Assembly (NCBI GenBank): GCA_965242525.1
Contig: OZ251459.1
Location: forward strand, 2,528,001 to 2,592,000
From: an uncultured Candidatus Binatia bacterium
GTDB taxonomy: Bacteria > Desulfobacterota > Binatia > UBA9968 > JAJDTQ01
Direction of reading: 5' to 3'
Length of the DNA stretch: 64,000 nt
Translations under genes and position numbers: made by a program
Notes under the pieces: model-generated
What the model was told of the DNA's origin: nothing
Seen by the model: only the letters and a program-made list of their open reading frames with translations
Databases searched by the model: none
In this document: one piece after another, positions 1-8,554 of the stretch
Position numbering within the stretch: the first letter of the stretch is position 1
Layout of the letters: the number at the start of each line of letters is the position of its first letter

Positions 1-3000
1 AGGGCGCGCCGGAGCTCCATCACCCGGAACAGGTTCTCCACCACCGGGGGGTAGGCGCCGTAGCGGTCCCGGACCTCGTCCCGGATCTCGTCCAGTTGCG
101 CCGGGTCTTCCAGGTTGGCCAGCCGTTTGTAGAACAGCAGGCGCTGGTTGGCGCTGGGTATGTAGTCGTCGGGGAAGTAGGCGGGGACGCCCAGGCGGAT
201 CTCGGGCTCCACCGTGACCCGGGGCGCTTCGCCCTTGAGCTCCTGGATGGTCTCCTCCATCATCCGGGTGTAGAGCTCGAACCCCACCGCGGCGATCTGG
301 CCGGACTGCTCCCGGCCCAGCAGGTTGCCCGCGCCGCGGATCTCCAGGTCCTGGAGGGCGAGCTTGAAGCCGCTGCCGAGGTCGTCGTGTTCCTGCAGCG
401 CCCGGAGCCGCTTCTCCGCGTCCCTGGTCACCGTGCCGCTCCTGGGGAGCAGCAGGTAGGCGTAGGCGCGGCGCGACGAACGCCCCACCCGGCCCCGCAG
501 TTGGTAGAGCTGGGCCAGGCCGAACCGGTCCGCCCGGTTGATGAGTATGGTGTTGGCGTTGGGGTAGTCCAGGCCGGACTCGATGATGGCGGAGCACACC
601 AGCACCTGGGCGTCGTTCTCCTGGAACCGGGACATGTTCTTCTTGAGCTCCGGGGGGGCCATCTGCCCGTGGGCCACGGCGACCCGGGCTTCGGGCACCA
701 GGTCCATGATCCTCTCGCCCACGCGCTGGATGCTCTCCACCCGGTTGTGCAGGAAGAACACCTGGCCCTCGCGGTTGACCTCCCGCAGGATGGCGTCGCG
801 GATCACCCCCTCGTCGTAGCGGGTCACGTAGGTGCGCACCGCGAGCCGGTTGGGGGGCGGCGTCTCGATGACGCTCAGGTCCCGGATGCCCGCCAGCGAC
901 ATGTGCAGGGTCCTGGGGATGGGCGTGGCGGTGAGGCTCATGACGTCCACGGTGTGGCGCAGCTTCTTGAGCTTCTCCTTGTGGCTCACGCCGAATCGGT
1001 GCTCCTCGTCCACCACCACCAGGCCCAGGTTCCGGAACGCCACGTCGCTCTGCAACAGGCGGTGGGTGCCGACGACCACGTCGATGAGCCCCGCGGCCAG
1101 GTCCCGGAGCGACTGCTGCACGCTCTTGCCGGAGACGAACCGGCTCAGGCTCTCCACCCGCACCGGGTAGGCGTCGAAGCGGTTGCGGAAGGTCTCCAGG
1201 TGCTGCTGGGCCAGGATGGTGGTGGGGGCGAGCACCGCCGCCTGCTTGCCGTCCATCACCGCCAGGAAGGCCGCGCGCATGGCCACCTCGGTCTTGCCGT
1301 AGCCCACGTCGCCGCAGATGAGGCGGTCCATGGGCTTGCTGCCGGTCATGTCCGCGAGGGTGTCGGCGATGGCCCGCTCCTGGTCCGGCGTCTCCTCGTA
1401 CTCGAAGGCGGCCTCGAACTCCCGGTACACGTGGTCGGGGGGCGGGAACACGTGGCCTTCGTGCAGTTCCCTCGTGGCATAGACCTGGAGCAGCTCCTTG
1501 GCCATGGCCACGATGGACTTGCGCGTCCTGGCCTTGAGCTTGAGCCAGGAGGTCCCGCCCAGCCGGTCCAGCGCGGGCGCGGCGCCGTCCGCGCCGATGA
1601 ACTTCTGCACCAGGTTGATGCGGTCGATGGGAAGGTAGAGACGGTCGCCCCCCTGGTACTCCAGGTGCAGGAACTCGCCTTCGGCGCCCGCGACCTGGAG
1701 GCGCCGAAGCCCGCGGTAGATGCCGACGCCCTCGTCCAGGTGCACCACCACGTCGTCCTGGCGCAGCTCGCCCAGGCTCGTGACGAAGTGGCCCTGGGTC
1801 TCGCGCTTCCTGCCCGCGGGGTCCCGCTTCCTCCGGCCCCAGAGCTCCTCCAGGGTGACGAGGACCAGCCCCTCGTCCGGGAGCCGGACCCCCTGGGTCA
1901 GGCCCCCGAGCACGATCTCCGGGCCGTTTCCCGCGGCGTCGCGGAAGGGGCCTTCGGAAACGGGAAGGTCCACCTCGTAGTAGGCCAGCAGTTGTTGCAG
2001 CCGTTGGGCGTCCCCCGGGTGCGCCGCCACGAAGACCACCCGCTGGCCGCGCCAGCTACCGAGACGCTCCACCAGCGGCGCCAGGGAAGGCTCGGTCCCG
2101 TGCTGCCGGGTGAGCTCCCCGTGGAGGTCGGCGTTGGAGTAGGAGCGCACCGAGAGCGTGGAGGACTCCTCCTCCGGCGGCGGGAGCGTGTCCAGGCTCT
2201 CGCCGTGGACCTGCCGGAACGCCCGGGCCTCCCGGCGCCAACCCTGGGGGTCCAGGTAGAGGGCTTCCGGGCCGGGATGGAAGCGGCCTTCCTCCGCCGC
2301 CTTGGCGGCCCGCTGGGCCACGAGCTTGTGGAACCGGTCGAGCTCTTCCTCCACCCGGGTCGGCTGGTCCCACCAGAGGACGCCGTGCCGCGGGAGGTAG
2401 GCGAGCAGCGACGGCAGGGGGTCGTCGTGGAAGTAGGGGGCCAGGAACTCCATGCCGGCGAACCGGACTCCCTGGCGCACCGACTCCAGCAGCGCCCGCT
2501 TGTCCTTGCGCGTGAAGCCCAGCTCGTCCGCCCGGTCTTCGAGCCGGAACAGGGTTTCGCGGCCGGTCTGCGGCCCGGAAACGAACTCCCGGACGGGCAG
2601 GAGCAGGAACTCGTCCCGGCTCCCCCGGGACCGCTGGGTGCGGGGGTCGAACTCGCGGATGGAGTCGATGCGGTCCTCGCACAGCTCCAGGCGGACGGGC
2701 CGTTCGCAGCCCGGGGGAAAGAGGTCCACGATGCCGCCGCGGGCGCTGAAGTCGCCGCGCTCCTCCACCAGCGGCGCACGCCCGAAGCCCAGGTCCGTGA
2801 GCTGCCGCAGCAGGCGCTCCCGGTCCACCTCCTGCCCCTCGACGAAGCGCGAGCTTCGGAAGGAGTCCCTGGGCGCCACCCGCTGCATCACCGCGGCCGG
2901 AGTGGTGACCAGCACCGGCGCGGGCTGTTGGGCGAGCCGGTGGAGGCCCTCCATGCGCGCGGCCATGTGCTCCGGGTTCGGGGACAGGTTCTCCAGCGGC

Positions 3001-3272
3001 AGGATGTCCCAGCCCGGGAACAGGTGGAGCCGCCGCTCCAGCCCGCCGGCCCCCGCCTCCTCCCCGAAGAAGAAGGAGAGGTCGGCGAACAGGCGTTCCG
3101 CCTCCTTCACGGTGGGCGTCAGCACGACCATGGGGCAGTGGAGGCGCCGGGCCGCCAGGAAGACCGCGTAGGCCGCGGCGCTGCCCCGGAGTCCGAAGAT
3201 CCGCTTTTCGCCGCGCCACTCGCGCGCCATGAGTTGCGAGATCCGGTCGTTCAGTGAAGGTGGCGTGCGCAT
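1..3272 (-). CDS. mfd: Transcription-repair coupling factor Mfd (3' end runs off the window start)
   Basis: Manual minus-strand translation from ATG 3272 (MRTPPSLNDRISQLMAREW...) gives PMDRLICGDVGYGKTEVAMRAAF (~1270-1335), VVDEEHRFGV, TATPIPRT, QLYQLRGRVGRS and DLEIRGAGNLLG. Not in the ORF track because no stop lies inside the window. Confidence 0.95.
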   Translation of the reverse strand, partial: MRTPPSLNDRISQLMAREWRGEKRIFGLRGSAAAYAVFLAARRLHCPMVVLTPTVKEAERLFADLSFFFGEEAGAGGLERRLHLFPGWDILPLENLSPNPEHMAARMEGLHRLAQQPAPVLVTTPAAVMQRVAPRDSFRSSRFVEGQEVDRERLLRQLTDLGFGRAPLVEERGDFSARGGIVDLFPPGCERPVRLELCEDRIDSIREFDPRTQRSRGSRDEFLLLPVREFVSGPQTGRETLFRLEDRADELGFTRKDKRALLESVRQGVRFAGMEFLAPYFHDDPLPSLLAYLPRHGVLWWDQPTRVEEELDRFHKLVAQRAAKAAEEGRFHPGPEALYLDPQGWRREARAFRQVHGESLDTLPPPEEESSTLSVRSYSNADLHGELTRQHGTEPSLAPLVERLGSWRGQRVVFVAAHPGDAQRLQQLLAYYEVDLPVSEGPFRDAAGNGPEIVLGGLTQGVRLPDEGLVLVTLEELWGRRKRDPAGRKRETQGHFVTSLGELRQDDVVVHLDEGVGIYRGLRRLQVAGAEGEFLHLEYQGGDRLYLPIDRINLVQKFIGADGAAPALDRLGGTSWLKLKARTRKSIVAMAKELLQVYATRELHEGHVFPPPDHVYREFEAAFEYEETPDQERAIADTLADMTGSKPMDRLICGDVGYGKTEVAMRAAFLAVMDGKQAAVLAPTTILAQQHLETFRNRFDAYPVRVESLSRFVSGKSVQQSLRDLAAGLIDVVVGTHRLLQSDVAFRNLGLVVVDEEHRFGVSHKEKLKKLRHTVDVMSLTATPIPRTLHMSLAGIRDLSVIETPPPNRLAVRTYVTRYDEGVIRDAILREVNREGQVFFLHNRVESIQRVGERIMDLVPEARVAVAHGQMAPPELKKNMSRFQENDAQVLVCSAIIESGLDYPNANTILINRADRFGLAQLYQLRGRVGRSSRRAYAYLLLPRSGTVTRDAEKRLRALQEHDDLGSGFKLALQDLEIRGAGNLLGREQSGQIAAVGFELYTRMMEETIQELKGEAPRVTVEPEIRLGVPAYFPDDYIPSANQRLLFYKRLANLEDPAQLDEIRDEVRDRYGAYPPVVENLFRVMELRRA

Positions 3273-3325
3273 TCCGAAGAAGCGGGAGTGTAGCCGAAAG
3301 GAGCCGAAGCCCGCAACGGGAACGG

Positions 3326-3402
3326 GCCGCGGCAGGGCGGAGTTCGAGCGTGCCGCGGCGGGGTCGGAGTTCGAGCGGACCGCGGCAGGGCCGGAGTTTC
3401 CT
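3326..3402. repeat. Degenerate ~27-bp tandem repeat (ccgcggcagggcggagttcgagcg), ~3 copies, upstream of mfd
   Basis: Read directly from the sequence. Confidence 0.7.
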
Positions 3403-3433
3403 TCCCCGGCGCGAGTGCGTTACAGTTGCGGAA

Positions 3434-3726
3434 GGAACCTCTGAACAATCGGGACAGGGGGCATGAGGGGACAGGGGGCATGAGGGGACAGGGGGCATGA
3501 GGGGACAGGGGGCATGAGGGGACAGGGGGCATGAGGGGACAGGGGGCATGAGGGGACAGGGGGCATGAGGGGACAGGGGGCATGAGGGGACAGGGGGCAT
3601 GAGGGGACAGGGGGCATGAGCGCGTCCTTCGACTTCGCTTCGCTACGCTCAGGACGAACGGGGATAGGGCGTCAGGGTGAGGGAATCGGGAATCCATCCT
3701 GGATGTCTCGATTGTTCAGAGGTTCC
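3434..3726. mobile_element. MITE-like element family A, full copy with 23-bp terminal inverted repeats and a possible 4-bp TSD (GGAA)
   Basis: Left end ggaacctctgaacaatcgggaca and right end tgtctcgattgttcagaggttcc differ by 1 mismatch; ggaa flanks both sides (3430-3433, 3727-3730); homologous copy at 28884-29051. Confidence 0.75.
3451..3620. repeat. Perfect 17-bp tandem repeat (GGGACAGGGGGCATGAG) x10 inside MITE-A
   Basis: Read directly: 170 bp = 10 units; explains the periodic MPPVPSCPLSPHAPCPL shadow ORFs. Confidence 0.95.
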
Positions 3727-3741
3727 GGAAGTTGCGGTTAC

Positions 3742-3817
3742 GGAAACATCCCCGTTCGCCCCGGGACGGAAACCCTCCGTTCGTCCTGAGCGTAGCGGAG
3801 CGAAGTCGAAGGACGCG
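3742..3817. repeat. Partial MITE-A / REP-like core (ccgttcgtcctgagcgtagcggagcgaagtcgaaggacgcg)
   Basis: Same core as the other family A copies. Confidence 0.75.
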
Positions 3818-3835
3818 GCGTCTCCCGCAAAAGAA

Positions 3836-4076
3836 GGGCTCTTCCGGCTTTTGTGTGGGTAAGGCAGGAGGGAAAGGGGAGCGAAAGGGAACACGCCGTC
3901 ATTGTTCCGCAGACGCCCACCCCTCGTCATTCCCGCGAAAGCGGGAATCCATACAGGGAACCCATGGGGTTTGCTCGCAGGGTCTGGATTCCCGCTTTCG
4001 CGGGAATGACGAGTTGGGGCTTTCGCGGGGATGACGGGATGGGGAGTGCCGCAACCCACACGAATTCCGGAAGCGT
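3836..4076. mobile_element. MITE-like element family B with an inverted pair of ATTCCC-N8-GGGAAT palindromes, flanked by direct repeat CAAAAGAA
   Basis: Left end gggctcttccggcttttgtgtgggt; degenerate inverted right end acccacacgaattccggaagcg; caaaagaa at 3828-3835 and 4077-4084; homologues at 8261, 25340 and 32952. Confidence 0.7.
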
Positions 4077-4094
4077 CAAAAGAAGGACCGTACC

Positions 4095-5774
4095 ATGGCG
4101 AAGAGGAACCTGAAGGCCGCGAGCGCGCTGCCCGCGATACCGGAGCGGGGCTATCCGGACCTGCACGAGCATCTCCGGCGTCTGGACGACGCCGGCCTGC
4201 TGGTGCGGGTGGCGCGGCCCGTGGACAAGGACCGGGAGATGCACCCGGTGGTGCGCTGGCAGTTCCGGGGCGGCATCCGGGAGCGGGACCGCAAGGCGTT
4301 CCTGTTCGAGCAGCCCGTGGACCCCAAGGGGAAGCGCTACGACATCCCGGTGGCCATAGGCGTGCTCGCGGCCAACCGGCGCATCTACCGCATCGGCCTC
4401 GGGTGCGGCGAAGACGCGGACATCAACGCCCTGTGGAGCGAGGCCAGGACGAACCCCGTGGCGCCGGTGGAGATCCCGTCGTCGGCCGCGCCGGTCCACG
4501 AAGTCGTCCGCACGGGAGCCGAGATCAGGCGCCGGGGCAAGGGCATGGACGGCATACCGGTTCCCATCTCCACCCCGGGCTGGGACAACGCGCCCTACGT
4601 GAGCGCGGCCCACTTCTTCTCGCGCGACCCCGACAACGGGGTCCAGAACGTCGGCACCTACCGGGCCATGGTCAAGGCCCGGGACCGGGTGGGGTGCAAC
4701 CCGTCCATCGAACTGGGGCAGGGGATCTACCGGCACTGGGAGAAGTACCGCCAGCGGGGGGAGAAGATGCCGGTGGCCCTGTGCATCGGCGGCGTGCCCG
4801 CGGTCTCCTACGTGGCGGCCCAGAAGCTGGCCTACGACCTGGACGAGCTGGCGGTGGCCGGGGGGCTGGTGAAGGCACCCATCCGGGTGGTGCAGGCCCG
4901 CACCGTGCCGTTGACCGTGCCCGCGGACGCGGAGATCGTGGTGGAGGGGTTCGTTTCCACCGAGTGGCTGGAGCCGGAAGCGCCCTTCGGCGAGTCCCAC
5001 GGCCACGTGAACCCCAAGGAGTACAACCCGTTCATGGAGGTCACCTGCATCACCCGCCGCAGCGACGCCGTCCTCTGCTCCATCATCAGCCAAGTCACGC
5101 CGTCCGAGTCCAGCGTCATCAAGAAGATGGCTTACGAGCCCCTCTACCTGGAGCACCTGCGCGACGGCATCGGCGTCAAGAGCGTGGTGCGGGTCATGCT
5201 GCACGAGCCGCTGACCGCCACCCAGAAGCTCACCGTGGTCCAGTTGCGCAAGCCCACGCCCGCGGAGGTGTGGCGCGCGCTCATGGGCGCGGTGGCCTTC
5301 CGCCCCTCCATGTCGAAGATCGTCATCGCGGTGGACGAGGACATCGACCCGGACAACCTCGACGCGGTGTTCTGGGCCATGGGCTACCGCTCCAAACCCC
5401 ACCGGGACGTGCAGGTCATGCATGGCATGGACGTGGGCCACGCGCCCCGGCACGACGCCCGGGGGTCCGCGGAAGACTCGTGCCTGCTGTGGGACGCCAC
5501 CCTCAAGGAGAAGCTGCCGCCCATCTCGCTGCCCACCCGGGAATACATGGAGCGGGGCCGGGCGCTGTGGGAAGAGCTGGGGCTGCCGGAATTGGAGCCG
5601 GAATCCCCGTGGTTCGGCTACTCGCTGGGCGACTGGAACGAGGAACTGGAGCAGGAGGCGGCCCTGGCCGTGCGCGGGGAGTACTGGAAGACCGGCGTGA
5701 AGATAGCCCGGCAGCGCCGCTCCACCAACGACACGCCGCCCAACACCTCCTACTACGGCGAGGACGAAGACTGA
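4095..5774 (+). CDS. UbiD-family (prFMN-dependent) (de)carboxylase
   Basis: DLHEHLRRL N-terminus, NVGTYR, EAPFGESHG, KIVIAVDEDIDP, LWDAT motifs; RBS agaagga. Confidence 0.9.
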   Translation: MAKRNLKAASALPAIPERGYPDLHEHLRRLDDAGLLVRVARPVDKDREMHPVVRWQFRGGIRERDRKAFLFEQPVDPKGKRYDIPVAIGVLAANRRIYRIGLGCGEDADINALWSEARTNPVAPVEIPSSAAPVHEVVRTGAEIRRRGKGMDGIPVPISTPGWDNAPYVSAAHFFSRDPDNGVQNVGTYRAMVKARDRVGCNPSIELGQGIYRHWEKYRQRGEKMPVALCIGGVPAVSYVAAQKLAYDLDELAVAGGLVKAPIRVVQARTVPLTVPADAEIVVEGFVSTEWLEPEAPFGESHGHVNPKEYNPFMEVTCITRRSDAVLCSIISQVTPSESSVIKKMAYEPLYLEHLRDGIGVKSVVRVMLHEPLTATQKLTVVQLRKPTPAEVWRALMGAVAFRPSMSKIVIAVDEDIDPDNLDAVFWAMGYRSKPHRDVQVMHGMDVGHAPRHDARGSAEDSCLLWDATLKEKLPPISLPTREYMERGRALWEELGLPELEPESPWFGYSLGDWNEELEQEAALAVRGEYWKTGVKIARQRRSTNDTPPNTSYYGEDED

Positions 5775-5822
5775 CGGCCCCCGCGGGTCGGCGTCCCCGG
5801 CAAGCGAAAGGACCGGTCGCCC

Positions 5823-6761
5823 ATGGACTACAAGACCATCGAGTGGGCGGTGCGCGACAACCCGCGCCGCCCCGGCGAGCCGTGCATCGGCGTCATCACC
5901 CTGAACCGCCCGGCCCAACTCAACGCGGTGGACCCGCTGATGCGGCTGGAGCTGGACGCCCTGTGCAACGAGGTCGCCCGCAACTCGGTCCTGAAAGCGG
6001 TGATCCTCACGGGCGCAGGACGCGGCTTCTGCGCCGGCGGCGACCTGACCTCGGAAGGGGAAGTGCTGGGCGCGTTCGAGGGCTCCACCGGCATCGAAGG
6101 CCCCTACAAGGAACTGGCGGAGTACTTCCTGAACGACCTGCGGCATCGGGTGCTGCAGAGCGCCATGCGCAAGCTGGAGGACCTGCCCCAGCCCGTGATC
6201 GCCGCGGTGAACGGCCCGGCGGTGGGGGTGGGCCTGGAGATGGCCGCGCTCTGCGACATGCGGCTGGCCTCGGACCGGGCCCGGTTCGGCGAGGTGGCGG
6301 TGCCCGCGGGGTTCGCGCCCGAGAGCGGCGGCGCCCGCAACCTGCCCAAGCTGGTGGGCATCGGACGCGCCATGCGCCTGATCCTCACCGGCGAGGTCAT
6401 CGACGCGGAGGAGGCCCTGCGCATCGGACTGGTGGACGAGGTGGTCCCCCACGAACGGCTCATGGACGAAGCCTTGGCCCTGGCCGGCCGCATCGCCGCC
6501 AACCCCTGGCTGTCCGTGCGCCACGCCAAGCGCCTGGTCAAGATGTACTGGAACTGGAACCGCACCGACGAAGGCTACCGGGAAGAGCTGGAGTCGGTGC
6601 TGGAGATCACCCGCACCCGGGACTGCCAGGAGGGCATGCGCGCCTTCCGGGAGAAGCGCCCGCCCCGCTACACCTACCCCTACGACGCGGGCTGGCCGTT
6701 CCCGGAGAAGGACGGAGAGGAGAAGGACGGAGAGGAGAAGGACGGAGAGGAGAAGGAGTAG
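5823..6761 (+). CDS. Enoyl-CoA hydratase/isomerase (crotonase) family protein
   Basis: ITLNRPAQLNA, FCAGGDL, PVIAAVNGPAVGVGLEMAALCD, DCQEGMRAFREKRPP. Confidence 0.92.
   Translation: MDYKTIEWAVRDNPRRPGEPCIGVITLNRPAQLNAVDPLMRLELDALCNEVARNSVLKAVILTGAGRGFCAGGDLTSEGEVLGAFEGSTGIEGPYKELAEYFLNDLRHRVLQSAMRKLEDLPQPVIAAVNGPAVGVGLEMAALCDMRLASDRARFGEVAVPAGFAPESGGARNLPKLVGIGRAMRLILTGEVIDAEEALRIGLVDEVVPHERLMDEALALAGRIAANPWLSVRHAKRLVKMYWNWNRTDEGYREELESVLEITRTRDCQEGMRAFREKRPPRYTYPYDAGWPFPEKDGEEKDGEEKDGEEKE
6705..6758 (+). repeat. 15-bp coding tandem repeat (gagaaggacggagag, ~3.6 copies) encoding EKDGE at the crotonase C-terminus
   Basis: Read directly. Confidence 0.85.
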
Positions 6762-6764
6762 GCG

Positions 6765-7988
6765 ATGATCGAAGGACGATCCCGTTCCCCCTCCGTACCG
6801 GGCGCCGGGCGCGGTCTTCTGCGGCGCACGGCGCCCGTGACGACCGCGGCGGCTTCGTTGCTGCGTCCCGCGGTCCCGCTCGTGCTGTCGTTCCTGTTGC
6901 TGCCCGCGTGCCAGGGCGGGGCGGAACAGACGGAGCGACACGCTTCGCGGGAGCATCCGTTCCGGGTGGTCCCCGTGGCCACGGGGCTGGAGCGTCCCTG
7001 GGCGGTGGCGTTCCTGCCCGGCGGCGGCATGCTGGTGACCGAACGCCCCGGACGCCTGCTCCGCGTGGGCGCGGACGGCAGCGTCCGCTCCGTCCGCGGG
7101 ATTCCTCCCGTGGCCGCGGTGGGCCAGGGCGGCCTGATGGACTTGGTGCTGGACCCGGGCTTTGCCGACAACCGGACGATCTACTTCTCCTACACGGAGG
7201 AGGTCGAAGGCGGCGGTTTGCGCACCGCGGTGGCGCGCGCCGAGCTGGCCGGGGACCGGTTGGTCTCGGTGCGCCGCATCTTCGCCATGAACCGCGCGTC
7301 GAGCGACGGTCGTCACTTCGGGTCGCGCCTGGCGTTCCTTCCCGACGGCGACCTGCTGGTGACCGTGGGAGACCGCGGGGAGCGCCACCGGGCCCAGGAC
7401 CCGTCCGACCACGCCGGCTCGGTGCTGCGCATCCGGCCGGACGGCAGCCCGTCGCCGCGCACCGCCGCCCTCGCCATTCCCGGCGCCGCGCCCGAGGTGT
7501 TCACCTTCGGCCATCGCAACCCCCAGGGCTTGGCCCTCCATCCCGCCACCGGCGCCATATGGATCCACGAGCACGGCCCGAGAGGCGGCGACGAGGTCAA
7601 CGTCCTGCGCGGCGGCGCCAACTACGGCTGGCCGGTGGCGACCCACGGCCGGGAGTACGTGGGGGGCAGCATCGGAGTCGGCAGCGAGGCCCCGGGAATG
7701 GAGCCTCCGCTGTTGCACTGGACCCCCTCCATCGCGCCGTCGGGGATGGCGTTCTACACCGGGACCGAGTTTCCGCGCTGGCGCGGCGACCTGTTCGTGG
7801 GAGCCCTCGCCGGCCGCCACCTGCGCCGCATCGTGGTGCGCGGCAGGGCGGTCGTTCTGCAGGAGGCGCTGCTGGAAGACCGACTGGGGCGCATCCGGGA
7901 CGTGCGCCAGGGGCCGGACGGTCGCTTGTGGCTGCTCACCGACGAGCGCCGCGGAGCGCTCTACCGCATCGAGCCGGTGGCGCCGTAG
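6765..7988 (+). CDS. PQQ-dependent aldose sugar dehydrogenase (GSDH/YliI family), probable lipoprotein; true start may be downstream
   Basis: GLERPWAVAFLP, HFGSRL, GHRNPQG, HEHGPRGGDEVN, NYGWP, RIRDVRQGPDG; lipobox-like LPAC. Confidence 0.9.
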   Translation: MIEGRSRSPSVPGAGRGLLRRTAPVTTAAASLLRPAVPLVLSFLLLPACQGGAEQTERHASREHPFRVVPVATGLERPWAVAFLPGGGMLVTERPGRLLRVGADGSVRSVRGIPPVAAVGQGGLMDLVLDPGFADNRTIYFSYTEEVEGGGLRTAVARAELAGDRLVSVRRIFAMNRASSDGRHFGSRLAFLPDGDLLVTVGDRGERHRAQDPSDHAGSVLRIRPDGSPSPRTAALAIPGAAPEVFTFGHRNPQGLALHPATGAIWIHEHGPRGGDEVNVLRGGANYGWPVATHGREYVGGSIGVGSEAPGMEPPLLHWTPSIAPSGMAFYTGTEFPRWRGDLFVGALAGRHLRRIVVRGRAVVLQEALLEDRLGRIRDVRQGPDGRLWLLTDERRGALYRIEPVAP

Positions 7989-8072
7989 GAGCGGTGGAGG
8001 TCTGACAGGTGGACGTCTCCGAGGAGGGCCCTGGAAGCGCTGCCGAAGTTGCGCGGGAGAAAGCGGCTGAAA

Positions 8073-8139
8073 GAAACCCTGAACCATTACCCCCGTTCGT
8101 CCTGAGCGTAGCGAAGCGAAGTCGAAGGACGCGCTTTCC
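8073..8139. repeat. Partial MITE-A copy
   Basis: gaaaccctgaaccat...ccgttcgtcctgagcgtagcgaagcgaagtcgaaggacgcg. Confidence 0.75.
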
Positions 8140-8162
8140 TGAAAGAGGGGAAGGAGGATCGG

Positions 8163-8261
8163 ATGTCGGACGAAGTACGCCTGTGGCGGATTGGACCTGA
8201 CGAGAGCTTGAGCGAGGTCCAGCGGGAACCGCTCGACCTCGAGGCGCGCCTTCAAAATTGG
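8163..8261 (+). pseudogene. 5' fragment of a probable NucS/DUF91-like endonuclease gene, truncated by MITE-B
   Basis: Strong RBS ggaaggagga; MSDEVRLWRIGPDESLSEVQREPLDLEARLQNW resembles N-termini of DUF91/NucS-like proteins (recognised from memory); sequence switches to MITE-B at 8261. Confidence 0.55.
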
Positions 8262-8516
8262 GGCTCTTCCGGCTTTTGTGTGGGTAAGGTAGGAGGGAAA
8301 GGGGAGCGAAAGGGAACACGCCGTCATTGCTCCGCAGATGCCCATACCTCGTCATTCCCGCGAAAGCGGGAATCCATACAGGGAACCCATGGGGTTTGCT
8401 CGCAGGGTCTGGATTCCCGCCCCCGCTTCCGCGAGGACATGCTTTCGCGGGAATGACGGATCCACCCCCCGTCGCTCCCATTCCTCTCCTACCTTACCCA
8501 CACAGCCGGGAGCGCC
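8261..8516. mobile_element. MITE-like family B copy with both ends
   Basis: Left gggctcttccggcttttgtgtgggtaaggtaggagg; inverted right end cctctcctaccttacccacacagccgggagcgcc; near-identical to 3836-4010. Confidence 0.75.
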
Positions 8517-8554
8517 GCGAATTCTTTCCCGTGGATAGCCGTGGATAGAACTCC

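Noticed and set aside
96-3257. 1053-aa plus-strand ORF
   Set aside because: Antisense shadow of mfd; long shadow ORFs are expected at this GC content
3451-3620. Possible CRISPR array
   Set aside because: Head-to-tail repeats with no spacers, and no cas genes in the window
3649-4113. Small ORFs containing VIPAKAGI, RHSRESGNP or FDFASLRSG
   Set aside because: These are translations of the dispersed repeats, not genes
3927-8345. 1472-aa minus-strand and 1324-aa plus-strand ORFs (likewise 51767-54832, 56358-59117 and others)
   Set aside because: They overlap recognisable genes in other frames, have Arg/Gly/Pro-rich shadow composition and lack motifs
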